From contig JBDRTG010000027.1 of the NCBI GenBank assembly GCA_043824255.1, forward strand, positions 64,001-128,000: DNA of 64,000 nt, given 5' to 3'. Below the pieces are notes generated by a model. It was not told the origin of the DNA. It saw nothing but the letters and a program-made list of their open reading frames with translations, and made no database searches. Source of the DNA: a bacterium (lineage in GTDB: Bacteria > JAHJDO01). Positions 1-9,106 of the stretch are shown here, piece by piece. Each line of letters opens with the position of its first letter. The first letter of the stretch is position 1. A program made the position numbers and the translations under genes.

Positions 1-4
1 AGGT

Positions 5-1666
5 TTGATCTCAGAAAAGAAGCTGGAAACTGCTTTAGCAGAGCAGCGGCAGACAGGTGAAAGACTTGGAAATATACTAATAAAGCTTGGATATATAGAT
101 AGTGAAGGGCTCTGTAAGGCATTAGCTTCGCAATTCGGTCTGAAGACGATAAATATATCAGAATATAATGTTGCACAGGAAGTGATAGATAAAGTTCCTT
201 CATCAGTCGCAAAAAAACATAAAATTGTACCTTTGAAGTTTGAAAATAATACTTTAACAATTGCTATGGCTAGTCCACTGAATCTTCTTGCATTGGATAA
301 TCTAAGAATAGTGCTGAATTGCGAAGTTGAAGGATTGTTAGCTACAGAAGAACAGATTGAAAGTTCCCTGGAAAGATATTATGGTGTCAGGGAAGAAACA
401 ATTGACAGCATGCTTCAAGAGTTGAGTGAACAGGACATAGATTTTGTTAGTGGTGAAGCTGCCGAGGAAGAAGAAGGGATATCTGATGAAGCGCCAGTTA
501 TAAAATTAGTCGGTTTATTAATATTGGAAGCACTTCGTGCCGGAGCAAGCGATATACATATTGAGCCTTTAGAGGATAGATTTAGAGTAAGATATCGTGT
601 GGATGGAGTGTTGCATGAAGTACCTGCTCCTCCTAAGAGACTGGAGAAATCCGTGATCTCCCGTATCAAGATTATGTCCGGTATGAACATTGCAGAAAAG
701 AGGCTTCCTCAGGATGGTAAAATAGGATTATCTTTATTGGGGAAAGATATTGACTTGCGTGTATCGGCTCTGCCTGCAATACATGGGGAAAGTGTCGTAT
801 TAAGAATCCTCGATAAAACCAGTTTATTACTGGGCATGGCTGAACTTGGGTTTTTAAAGGAGGATATGAAAAGATTTGAATCTCTGATTGCATCGCCTAA
901 TGGTATTATTCTTGTCACAGGTCCAACAGGCAGTGGTAAAACAACAACTCTTTATGCAGCTCTCAATAAGATAAATCAGCCGGACAGAAAATTGATAACA
1001 GTTGAAGACCCTGTTGAATACCAATTAACAGGGATCAATCAGGTTAATGTAAAAAGCGAAATTGGATTGACGTTTGCTAATGTTTTAAGGTCTATATTGA
1101 GACAGGCTCCGGATATTATAATGATTGGAGAGATTCGCGATAATGAAACAGCGGAAATTGCTATAAGATCTGCTTTAACAGGACACCTGGTGTTCTCTAC
1201 GCTTCACACTAATGATGCTCCCAGCGCAGTAACACGGCTTATTGATATGGGGATAAAGCCTTTCTTGGTGGCTTCATCGATTCAGGCAGTTCTTGCACAG
1301 AGATTGGTCAGAACAATTTGCCAAGAATGCAAAGAACCATACACTCCAAGGGAAGATGAAATTTTACAATTAGAAAGGGCATTTAAGAAAAAAGACATGG
1401 GTAAAGCACAGTTCTGTAAAGGTAAAGGGTGTCCAAAGTGCTCTCAGACAGGTTATAAAGGGAGGATAGGTATTTTTGAATTATTTGTGCTTAATGGTGA
1501 AATTCGTGCGTTGATTCTTAAGAGGGCTTCAAGTGCACAAATTAGAGAAAAGGCATGTGAGTTTGGTATGAAGACCCTAAGGCAAGATGGATTGGAGAAA
1601 GTTGTAATTGGAATGACTACGCTTTCTGAGGTGGAACGAGTAACTCAAAAAGATGTAGAATTATAA
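5..1666 (+). CDS. pilB: Type IV pilus/T2SS assembly ATPase (PilB/GspE family), probably 5'-truncated by the window edge
   Basis: Walker A GPTGSGKTT, ITVEDPVEY Asp box, LRQAPD, TGHLVFSTLHTND His box, two CxxC motifs, MshEN-like RLGNIL. Confidence 0.93.
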   Translation: MISEKKLETALAEQRQTGERLGNILIKLGYIDSEGLCKALASQFGLKTINISEYNVAQEVIDKVPSSVAKKHKIVPLKFENNTLTIAMASPLNLLALDNLRIVLNCEVEGLLATEEQIESSLERYYGVREETIDSMLQELSEQDIDFVSGEAAEEEEGISDEAPVIKLVGLLILEALRAGASDIHIEPLEDRFRVRYRVDGVLHEVPAPPKRLEKSVISRIKIMSGMNIAEKRLPQDGKIGLSLLGKDIDLRVSALPAIHGESVVLRILDKTSLLLGMAELGFLKEDMKRFESLIASPNGIILVTGPTGSGKTTTLYAALNKINQPDRKLITVEDPVEYQLTGINQVNVKSEIGLTFANVLRSILRQAPDIIMIGEIRDNETAEIAIRSALTGHLVFSTLHTNDAPSAVTRLIDMGIKPFLVASSIQAVLAQRLVRTICQECKEPYTPREDEILQLERAFKKKDMGKAQFCKGKGCPKCSQTGYKGRIGIFELFVLNGEIRALILKRASSAQIREKACEFGMKTLRQDGLEKVVIGMTTLSEVERVTQKDVEL

Positions 1667-1679
1667 GGAGCAGTATAAA

Positions 1680-2744
1680 ATGGAGATGAATGAACTGCTG
1701 AAAATCGTTGTGGACAGGAATGCCTCTGACATACACTTAGTAGTAGGGAAGCCTCCTGTTTTGCGTATAGATGGAAGACTGGATGTTCTTGACTTTGAGG
1801 AGCTGACAAACGAGAACACAGAGAAGTTAATGAAAAGTATTACCTCAGAACATCATCAGCAAAAATTACAAGAGATGGGAGGAACAGATTTTGGTTTTTC
1901 TTTTGGAGATATAGCAAGGTTCCGTGTAGCTATTTATAAAGAAAGAGGAAATACTTCAATTGCAATGAGGCTTATACCTATGAAACTTATGACATTTGAG
2001 GAGCTAGGATTGGCAGAGCAAGTTAAACAGCTTATGTACAGACCGCGTGGTCTAATTCTGGTAACTGGTCCAACTGGTTGTGGTAAGACAACAACACTTG
2101 CCACAATGATTGATTATATAGCGAGAAACAGAGATGCTCATATAATAACAGTTGAAGACCCTATAGAGTATTACCACACTCATCACAATGGTGTTATGTC
2201 TCAAAGAGAATTGGGGGTGGATGTTCCTTCGTTCTCTGAAGCCCTTGTCAGAGCCCTAAGACAGGATCCAGATGTTATAATGGTGGGAGAGATGAGAGAT
2301 CTGTCTACAATGGAGGCAGCTATTTCAGCCGCAGAAACTGGGCATCTGGTATTTGCAACCTTGCATACAACAGGCGCTGCAGCTACAATTGACAGAATAG
2401 TAGATGCTTTTCCTACTGCACAGCAGGAACAAATAAGAACACAATTATCTGAGTCTCTTGTGGCAGTAATTTCTCAACAGTTGATTCCTAGAACCACAGG
2501 GGGAAGAATAGCGTCTTATGAGATAATGGTTGCTACTTCAGCTATAAAGAATTTAATAAGGGAAAAGAAGAGCTATAGAATAATTTCCTCTATTCAAACA
2601 GGGAAAAAGCTTGGCATGAAGACAATGGACGATTCTCTAACAGAGCTTTACAACAGCAAAATAATAAGCTATGAAGAGTATATTACACGTTGTTATAGTG
2701 TAGCAGATGCTGAAGTGAAGGCAGGAGAGAGAGAAAATGCCTAG
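1680..2744 (+). CDS. pilT: Type IV pilus retraction ATPase PilT
   Basis: ASDIHL, GPTGCGKTTT, ALRQDPDVIMVGEMRD, AAETGHLVFATLHT, AIKNLIRE, GMKTMD. Confidence 0.95.
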   Translation: MEMNELLKIVVDRNASDIHLVVGKPPVLRIDGRLDVLDFEELTNENTEKLMKSITSEHHQQKLQEMGGTDFGFSFGDIARFRVAIYKERGNTSIAMRLIPMKLMTFEELGLAEQVKQLMYRPRGLILVTGPTGCGKTTTLATMIDYIARNRDAHIITVEDPIEYYHTHHNGVMSQRELGVDVPSFSEALVRALRQDPDVIMVGEMRDLSTMEAAISAAETGHLVFATLHTTGAAATIDRIVDAFPTAQQEQIRTQLSESLVAVISQQLIPRTTGGRIASYEIMVATSAIKNLIREKKSYRIISSIQTGKKLGMKTMDDSLTELYNSKIISYEEYITRCYSVADAEVKAGERENA

Positions 2745-4461
2745 AAAAAAGAAGCCTATTGGACAGTTATTGCTTGAGAAGGGGCTAATAACATCTGAGC
2801 AGTTAGAACATGCTCTGAATGAGCAACAAAAATCCGGCGGCTTGCTTGGCAGAATTTTGGTAGATCTTGGTTTTGTGACAGAAGCAGACATCTTGTCTAC
2901 ATTAGGAGCACAAACCGGAATGCCTGCTGCAAATCTACCTAAAATAGATATCCCTCCAGAAGTTTTGGGAAAGGTTTCAGCTCCAATCGCAAAAGTATAT
3001 AAGATTATTCCTGTAAAAATGGAAGAGAATATTCTGTATATAGCTATGTCGGATCCTTTAAATATTAACGTCTTAGACGATTTGCGGTTCATGTTGGAAT
3101 GTGAAGTAAGGGGTATGGTAAGCAATGAGAAAGATATTGAAGAAGCTATTTTTAAATATTATGGAGAAAAAACAGAGACCGTTCAGGACGTGTTAAAAGA
3201 GATGGAAACAGGAGCCATGGAAATCAAGGGGAGCATTGAGGATGAGGATGAAGATGTTCATGATGTAGCAACTCTACAGGAACTTGCGCATCAAGTTCCT
3301 GTAGTTAAATTGCTTAATTTAGTGCTTATTCAGGCAATAAAGGATAAGGCTAGTGATCTGCATTTTGAACCATTTGAGGATCAATTTAAGATCAGATATC
3401 GTGTGGATGGGATGCTTTATGAAATGATTCCGCCGCCTAGGCATTTGGCTTTAGCAGTAACTTCCAGGATTAAGGTTATGGCAGGAATGGATATTGCAGA
3501 GAGAAGATTGCCCCAGGATGGAAGGATCCAGCTTAATATGGGTGGAAGAGAAGTAGACCTCCGTATATCAACTTTACCAACAACTTATGGAGAAAGTGTT
3601 GTAATACGGATATTGGATAGAGGAGCTGTTATGCTCTCTCTAGAGCAGGTAGGGCTTTTGGAAGAAGATTTAAGAATATTAAGAGATTTAATTAAAAAGC
3701 CTAACGGCATTATTCTCGTCACAGGCCCAACAGGATGTGGCAAGACTACAACTCTTTATTCTGCTTTAGGAGAAATTAATTCTCCGGAGGACAAGATAAT
3801 CACCACAGAAGACCCTGTTGAGTATGATTTAGCAGGTATTATACAAGTGCAAATAAGGTCTCATATAGGTTTAACTTTTTCCAAGTGTCTCAGAAGTATA
3901 TTAAGACAGGATCCTGATAAGATTTTAGTAGGAGAGATCCGCGATCTGGAGACAGCAGAAATGTCTATTCAGGCTTCACTTACAGGGCATTTAGTGCTGA
4001 GCACGTTACATACTAATGATGCAGCTAGCACGATTGTCAGGCTTATTGATATGGATATTGAGCCTTTTCTTATAACATCAACGCTGGAGGCTATTATTGC
4101 GCAAAGACTTGTTAGAAAAATATGTTCTAGCTGCAAAGAAGAGTATTCTCCAGATGCGCGGGAATTCTCCTTAATTGGACTCAAGTCTGGGGATGCGGAA
4201 GGCAAGAAATTTTATAGGGGCAAAGGATGTGAAATATGCAATGGTATTGGATATAAGGGGCGAATAGGTATTTTTGAGATACTTGTTGTTAATGATGAAA
4301 TAAGAACTCTTATTGTTGATAAGGCAACTGCTGGTGAGCTTAGAAAAAAATCTCACGAAAAAGGGATGTCAATGTTAAGAGAAGATGGATTGAGGAAGAT
4401 ATATATGGGCATCACTACTATTGAGGAAGTAGCAAGAGAGACACAGGGAGTGGAGATATAG
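2737..4461 (+). CDS. pilB: Second type IV pilus assembly ATPase (PilB/GspE family)
   Basis: MshEN-like IGQLLLEKGLIT N-terminus, Walker A, LRQDPD, His box, Zn-binding CxxC pairs. Confidence 0.93.
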   Translation: MPRKKKPIGQLLLEKGLITSEQLEHALNEQQKSGGLLGRILVDLGFVTEADILSTLGAQTGMPAANLPKIDIPPEVLGKVSAPIAKVYKIIPVKMEENILYIAMSDPLNINVLDDLRFMLECEVRGMVSNEKDIEEAIFKYYGEKTETVQDVLKEMETGAMEIKGSIEDEDEDVHDVATLQELAHQVPVVKLLNLVLIQAIKDKASDLHFEPFEDQFKIRYRVDGMLYEMIPPPRHLALAVTSRIKVMAGMDIAERRLPQDGRIQLNMGGREVDLRISTLPTTYGESVVIRILDRGAVMLSLEQVGLLEEDLRILRDLIKKPNGIILVTGPTGCGKTTTLYSALGEINSPEDKIITTEDPVEYDLAGIIQVQIRSHIGLTFSKCLRSILRQDPDKILVGEIRDLETAEMSIQASLTGHLVLSTLHTNDAASTIVRLIDMDIEPFLITSTLEAIIAQRLVRKICSSCKEEYSPDAREFSLIGLKSGDAEGKKFYRGKGCEICNGIGYKGRIGIFEILVVNDEIRTLIVDKATAGELRKKSHEKGMSMLREDGLRKIYMGITTIEEVARETQGVEI

Positions 4462-4464
4462 TAT

Positions 4465-5736
4465 ATGGCTGTTTATGCTTATGTTGCGATGAACAATCGC
4501 GGTAAAGAGATAAGTGGAAGTGTTGAGGCAGAAACTTCTACTTTGGCAATATCCCAGATAAGGGATATGGGCTATTTTCCTACGAAGGTTTATGAAAAGT
4601 CTCCAGCTTCTGGCACTTCAACATCTGCTAAACCAGCAAAGGCTAGTGGTCTTGCAAGTATGAATATTCAGATTAAACTGCCAGGAATTGGTAACAAAGT
4701 AAAGCCCAGACAATTAGCGGTTTTTGTCAGACAATTAGCAACCTTGCTTGGTGCAGGTCTCCCTTTATTGAGGAGTCTTAATGTTCTGAGCAATCAGGCC
4801 AAACCTGGTATTGTGAAAGAAACTTTCTCAGAGCTAGCTGCAGATATTGAGGGAGGTGCTACATTTTCAGATGCGCTTGCCAAATATCCCAAAAGCTTTT
4901 CAAAACTTTTTGTTAATATGATAAAAGCTGGTGAAGTTGGCGGGATTTTAGAGGCGGTTTTGGAAAGGTTGGCCGAGTTTTCAGAAAAAGAGGAAGCATT
5001 AAAAAAGAAGATTAAAGCTGCTATGGTTTATCCTATACTCGTTACTGTTGCGGCTGCAGGAATACTTACTTTTTTGATTATAGTAGTTATACCAACCTTT
5101 AAAAAGATGTTTGAAGATTTTAATACAGAGTTGCCGGGCGCTACTGTAATGCTGCTAAAAATGTCGGATGTTTTCAAGGATTGGAGAAATATTCTTGTTG
5201 TTCTGGGATCATTAGTTGGACTATTTATAATATACAAGCTTATTAGAAAAACACGGAAAGGGCTGTATTATTCAGATAAACTTAAATTGTATATCCCCAT
5301 TATTGGTCCTTTGGCCAGAAAAACAGCTATTGGCAGATTTGCAAGAACATTTGCAACCCTGATTGGAAGCGGAGTTCCAATACTTCAGGCGCTTACAATT
5401 GTAAAGGATACATCAGGCAATGACGTAATAGCTCAGGCAATGGCATCTGTTCGTGATAGTATCAGGGAAGGAGAATCAATAGCAGGGCCTCTTCAAGCAA
5501 GCGGAATATTCCCTCCGCTGGTTACCAATATGGTGGATGTTGGAGAAGAAACAGGAGCCTTAGATAAGATGCTGCTTAAAGTAGCAGACGCATACGACCA
5601 AGAAGTAGATGCTGCAGTAGCAGCTTTGACAAGCGCAATAGAGCCAATTATGATTGTAGGTATGGGGGGAATTGTGGGTTTTATAGTTGTTGCGTTATTC
5701 TTACCCTTGATTAAGCTGGCTACAGCGATTGTATAG
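4465..5736 (+). CDS. pilC: Inner-membrane platform protein PilC/GspF
   Basis: RQLATLLGAGLPL, AGEVGGIL, AMVYP, VGEETGALD; three hydrophobic segments. Confidence 0.95.
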   Translation: MAVYAYVAMNNRGKEISGSVEAETSTLAISQIRDMGYFPTKVYEKSPASGTSTSAKPAKASGLASMNIQIKLPGIGNKVKPRQLAVFVRQLATLLGAGLPLLRSLNVLSNQAKPGIVKETFSELAADIEGGATFSDALAKYPKSFSKLFVNMIKAGEVGGILEAVLERLAEFSEKEEALKKKIKAAMVYPILVTVAAAGILTFLIIVVIPTFKKMFEDFNTELPGATVMLLKMSDVFKDWRNILVVLGSLVGLFIIYKLIRKTRKGLYYSDKLKLYIPIIGPLARKTAIGRFARTFATLIGSGVPILQALTIVKDTSGNDVIAQAMASVRDSIREGESIAGPLQASGIFPPLVTNMVDVGEETGALDKMLLKVADAYDQEVDAAVAALTSAIEPIMIVGMGGIVGFIVVALFLPLIKLATAIV

Positions 5737-5740
5737 AAAA

Positions 5741-5793
5741 AAATTTCTAATTTCTAATTTTCAATTATTAATCAATTTTTAATGCTTTAATTT
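5741..5793 (+). repeat. AT-rich 7-nt-period repeat arm (AATTTCT-like), left-arm type
   Basis: aatttctaatttctaattttcaattattaatcaatttttaatgctttaattt; related copies at ~10251, 10865, 11762, 21397. Confidence 0.8.
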
Positions 5794-5796
5794 GTT

Positions 5797-7158
5797 ATGA
5801 AACCAAGAATTTTAGTTGTAGATGATGAGCTAAATATGCAGAAGACACTTTCTGGTATCCTTCATCAGGAGGGCTATGATGTCAAGGTATGTGGAAATGG
5901 AAAAGAAGCGATAGAAATTTTAGATACCGAGCAATTCAATTTAATAATCACTGACATAAAGATGCCTTGTATGGATGGAATGACTATGTTGTCAACCGTA
6001 AGAAAGAAGAACCAGGAAATACCTGTTATAATTATTACAGGGCACGCTACAGTGGATTCAGCAATTGATGCAGTAAAGCTTGAAGCTTATGATTACATCA
6101 GGAAACCGTATATGCCAGAGGAGATTCTTTTATCTGTGCATAGGGCGGTGGAACACGAAAAGCTGATAAGCGAGAATTTATATTTGCATAATCAACTGAA
6201 AGAAAAATTTAGTTTTAGTGGATTAATCGGGAAGAATAAGAAAATGCAGGAGGTCTATCAACTGGTGCAAAAGGTCTCTAACGCCAATGCTTCTATACTA
6301 ATAAGAGGGGAGAGCGGAACTGGTAAGGAGTTGATAGCCAGTGCAATTCACTATAACAGTCAGCGTAAGAACAACAAATTTCTTGCTATAAATTGCGGAG
6401 CTTTGCCGGAGAATCTGTTGGAAAGTGAATTATTTGGTCATGAGAAAGGCGCATTTACAGGCGCTATAAGCAGTAGAAAAGGAATATTTGAGGCGGCTGA
6501 TAAAGGGACTATTTTTCTTGATGAGATAGGAGATCTTTCTTTAGCTACGCAGATGAAATTATTGCGCGTTCTTCAGGATGGAGAATTTAGAGGAGTGGGA
6601 GGAACTCGGCAAATTAAGGTTGATGTGAGGATTATAAGCGCAACTAACAAGAATTTAGAAGACTGTATAAAAGAGGGTCTGTTTAGAGAAGATTTATATT
6701 ACAGAATAAATGTAATTGCTATTGATATGCCTCCTCTCAGAGAAAGGAAAGATGATATAGCTCTTTTAGTAAAGCACTTTTTAGAAAAGTATAATCCCTT
6801 AAAATCTAAGGGAGCCATGCCTAAACGAATTTCCTCTGAAGCCATGGATTTACTTATAAACTTTGACTGGCCTGGTAATGTTAGAGAGCTGGAAAATGTA
6901 ATTGAACGCGCAGTAACATTGCAGGAAGGGGCATGTATTCTTCCTGAGGATTTGCCTGTAGGGGTAGGTTTTCGACCTGCCCACATCCCCACAATTACAG
7001 GAGAGAATTTTCGTGAAGCACGAACTGCCTTTGAAAAGGATTTTTTAGTTAACGTATTAAATAAGGCAAATAGAAATATATCCCTTGCTTCAAAGAAAGC
7101 CGGCATAAGCAGGCGCCATTTCTATGAGAAGATGAAGTTATATGGAATTAAAAGATAA
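5797..7158 (+). CDS. Sigma-54-dependent response regulator (NtrC/PilR-like: REC-AAA+-HTH)
   Basis: ILVVDDE and TDIKMP receiver motifs, GESGTGKE, ESELFGHEKGAFTGA, WPGNVRELEN, C-terminal Fis-like HTH. Confidence 0.93.
   Translation: MKPRILVVDDELNMQKTLSGILHQEGYDVKVCGNGKEAIEILDTEQFNLIITDIKMPCMDGMTMLSTVRKKNQEIPVIIITGHATVDSAIDAVKLEAYDYIRKPYMPEEILLSVHRAVEHEKLISENLYLHNQLKEKFSFSGLIGKNKKMQEVYQLVQKVSNANASILIRGESGTGKELIASAIHYNSQRKNNKFLAINCGALPENLLESELFGHEKGAFTGAISSRKGIFEAADKGTIFLDEIGDLSLATQMKLLRVLQDGEFRGVGGTRQIKVDVRIISATNKNLEDCIKEGLFREDLYYRINVIAIDMPPLRERKDDIALLVKHFLEKYNPLKSKGAMPKRISSEAMDLLINFDWPGNVRELENVIERAVTLQEGACILPEDLPVGVGFRPAHIPTITGENFREARTAFEKDFLVNVLNKANRNISLASKKAGISRRHFYEKMKLYGIKR
6958..6982 (+). 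repeat. GTAG-type REP-like hairpin in frame in the regulator's AAA+-HTH linker
   Basis: GTAGGGGTAGGTTTTCGACCTGCCC; 8-bp stem with one G-T pair after GTAG. Confidence 0.6.
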
Positions 7159-8281
7159 ACTTTTTTCTCTGTTTTCGCGGCTTGCATACCTATTTATATT
7201 AACCGGTTTAGCCATTTTTCTTATATATGTTGCTGTGATTGTATGGAGAGCTCCTCTTCTTCAGTACAGGGATTTTTTTATTGCAATTATCTTTTTTTCT
7301 CTAGGGTTTGTTGCCTTTGCTTATATATGGAAGGTTGTTCTTCAGCCAATATTTGGATCTTTGAACAGCACAGCCTTGAACAGGGGGTTTAACCCCCCTG
7401 TTCAAGAACCACTTGTTCAAGAGAGGAGCTTGCAGCCCCTTGTTAACTCAAGGGAACAACTTAAAAAATGGTCTCAGGAGCTGGAAAAAAGGGTAGAGAA
7501 GAGGACATCAGAGCTAAAGAAAGTCAATAGGGAATTGCTTGATACAGAATTTGAACTTATGGAGCGGGACAAACTCTCCTCTATGGGAGAAATATCGGCA
7601 AAACTGGCGCATGAAATCAAGAATCCTCTTGCGATTATTAATAATGCAGCGTTTTTTCTCAAGAATGCTTTTAAGAAACCGGGTTCTGAAGTATCAGAAC
7701 AAATTGGAATTCTTTTCCAGGAAACAGGTCGCATTAATAAACTTGTTACTGATTTACTCCAGTTTTCCGGAATTTCAGTATCCAAGGACAGGGATATGGA
7801 TATGATTGATGTTAATGAGGTGCTTGACGATGCGATTGTCTCTTTTGAATCCGTAGAGGCACGGCGCGCCGTGCCCATACTAGAGAAAAAATATGCTATA
7901 AGATTACCAAAAATAAAAGCTAATCCAGGTCAGTTGAAACAGCTATTTTTGAATATAATTGCCAATGCCTATCAATCTATGGGAGACAGTGGGAGACTTA
8001 CGATATACACAGATGTTGACGCAGAGGCATCCCGAATAGAAATTGTTTTCACTGACACAGGCTGTGGAATTGCGCCTGAAAATTTAAAGGAAATATTTAC
8101 TCCGTTTTTTTCGACAAAAGAGCCGGGAAAGGGAACAGGACTTGGACTTTACATCTGTAAGTCATTAATAAAAAGTCTTAATGGGGATATCTCCGTTCAA
8201 TCGGAAGTTGGAAAGGGAACAAGTTTTACTGTTAGTTTGCCGGTGAGAGAAACCGCACACATGGGAAGGGAAAAGCACTAA
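7142..8281 (+). CDS. Membrane sensor histidine kinase (PilS/NtrB-like)
   Basis: Two TM segments, AHEIKNPL H-box, NIIANA, DTGCGI, FTPFFSTK, GTGLGL. Confidence 0.92.
   Translation: MELKDKLFSLFSRLAYLFILTGLAIFLIYVAVIVWRAPLLQYRDFFIAIIFFSLGFVAFAYIWKVVLQPIFGSLNSTALNRGFNPPVQEPLVQERSLQPLVNSREQLKKWSQELEKRVEKRTSELKKVNRELLDTEFELMERDKLSSMGEISAKLAHEIKNPLAIINNAAFFLKNAFKKPGSEVSEQIGILFQETGRINKLVTDLLQFSGISVSKDRDMDMIDVNEVLDDAIVSFESVEARRAVPILEKKYAIRLPKIKANPGQLKQLFLNIIANAYQSMGDSGRLTIYTDVDAEASRIEIVFTDTGCGIAPENLKEIFTPFFSTKEPGKGTGLGLYICKSLIKSLNGDISVQSEVGKGTSFTVSLPVRETAHMGREKH
7375..7444 (+). repeat. In-frame palindrome(s) in the kinase linker
   Basis: CTTGAACAGGGGG-TTTAAC-CCCCCTGTTCAAG 13-bp stem, then a degenerate copy ending CAGCCCCTTGTT; related to 11048-11071. 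Confidence 0.65.
7853..7880 (+). repeat. GTAG-type REP-like palindrome in frame in the kinase
   Basis: GTAGAGGCACGGCGCGCCGTGCCCATAC with perfect 18-nt palindrome GGCACGGCGCGCCGTGCC; GC-rich in an AT-rich gene. Confidence 0.75.
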
Positions 8282-8282
8282 C

Positions 8283-8691
8283 TGAGGATTAAGTAGTAAG
8301 GATTAAGAATTAAGTGAAAACGTTTAAAGATTTAAAAGTATGGCAGAAATCTCATGAGCTAACATTAGAAGTTTATCGGATTACAAAGTCTTACCCAAGC
8401 GAAGAAAAATTTGGTCTGGTTTCGCAACTTAGAAGATCTACTAGCTCGATTCCGACTAATTTAGCTGAGGGTTTTAAGAGAAGAAGCCAAAAGGATTTTG
8501 CGCATTTTGTGAATATGGCTGAAGGTTCGTTAGAAGAAACAAAATATACTTTATTCTTATCACACGAGTTAGGTTATTTAGACAAGAATAAATTAGATAG
8601 ACTTAACAAAATAGGAGATGAAGTTGGTAGGATGTTAACAGGTTTATATAAAAAACTTAATTCTTAGAGCGAAGCGGCTTAATCCTTAACT
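8283..8691 (+). mobile_element. Candidate four-helix-bundle cassette with inverted terminal TAAGGAT heptamer arrays
   Basis: Left arm TGAGGATTAAGTAGTAAGGATTAAGAATTAAG; right arm CTTAATTCTTAGAGCGAAGCGGCTTAATCCTTAACT; gene-less copies at 14959 and 16214. Confidence 0.65.
8314..8667 (+). CDS. Four-helix-bundle protein (23S rRNA intervening-sequence protein / Avd-like family)
   Basis: FKDLKVWQKS...YPSEEKFGLVSQLRRS..SIPTNLAEG...FVNMAEGSLEET..L..ELGYL signature; 117 aa. Confidence 0.92.
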   Translation: MKTFKDLKVWQKSHELTLEVYRITKSYPSEEKFGLVSQLRRSTSSIPTNLAEGFKRRSQKDFAHFVNMAEGSLEETKYTLFLSHELGYLDKNKLDRLNKIGDEVGRMLTGLYKKLNS

Positions 8692-8697
8692 CTAGGG

Positions 8698-8714
8698 TTG
8701 GCATAAATGTTGCT
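8698..8714 (+). promoter_or_regulatory. Sigma-54 (-24/-12) promoter of the pilin operon
   Basis: TTGGCATAAATGTTGCT: GG-N10-GC with TGGCA and TTGCT; downstream of a sigma-54 activator gene. Confidence 0.8.
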
Positions 8715-8748
8715 TTATAGTAATATAGTGGATGAAAAGGAGGTGGAA

Positions 8749-9096
8749 ATGAAATTCAAAAAAGGTTTTACACTTATTGAGCTTTTGGTTGTAATAGCGA
8801 TTATTACATTGCTTGCCTCAATAGCAGTGCCTAATTATCTCAAACAGCTTGAGAAAACCAAGGTTGGAAAGGCAACGGCAGATATAATGCTTTTGAGAAA
8901 AAGCGTTGACCTATTTAGAGCTAATCATGAAGGAGATTTGCCCGACAGTCTTGCTGTTTTAGTTTCACAGAAGTATTTAAGCAAAGCAGTCCCTGCTGAT
9001 CCATGGGGAGGAAGTTATTCCTATACATCAACAGCCAGCAGCTACACAATAACTGATGGAAGCAGTAAGGGCGTATCAGAGACAATTAATTTTTAG
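8749..9096 (+). CDS. Prepilin / GspG-like (pseudo)pilin, probable major subunit
   Basis: AAGGAGGT RBS, MKFKKG|FTLIELLVV class III signal, PADPWGGSY; start moved from 8707 to 8749. Confidence 0.88.
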   Translation: MKFKKGFTLIELLVVIAIITLLASIAVPNYLKQLEKTKVGKATADIMLLRKSVDLFRANHEGDLPDSLAVLVSQKYLSKAVPADPWGGSYSYTSTASSYTITDGSSKGVSETINF

Positions 9097-9106
9097 AGGA
9101 GGGGAA

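Noticed and set aside
8314..8667. Diversity-generating retroelement (Avd-like gene beside pilins)
   Set aside because: No reverse transcriptase in the window and no TR/VR pair differing at adenines was noticed.
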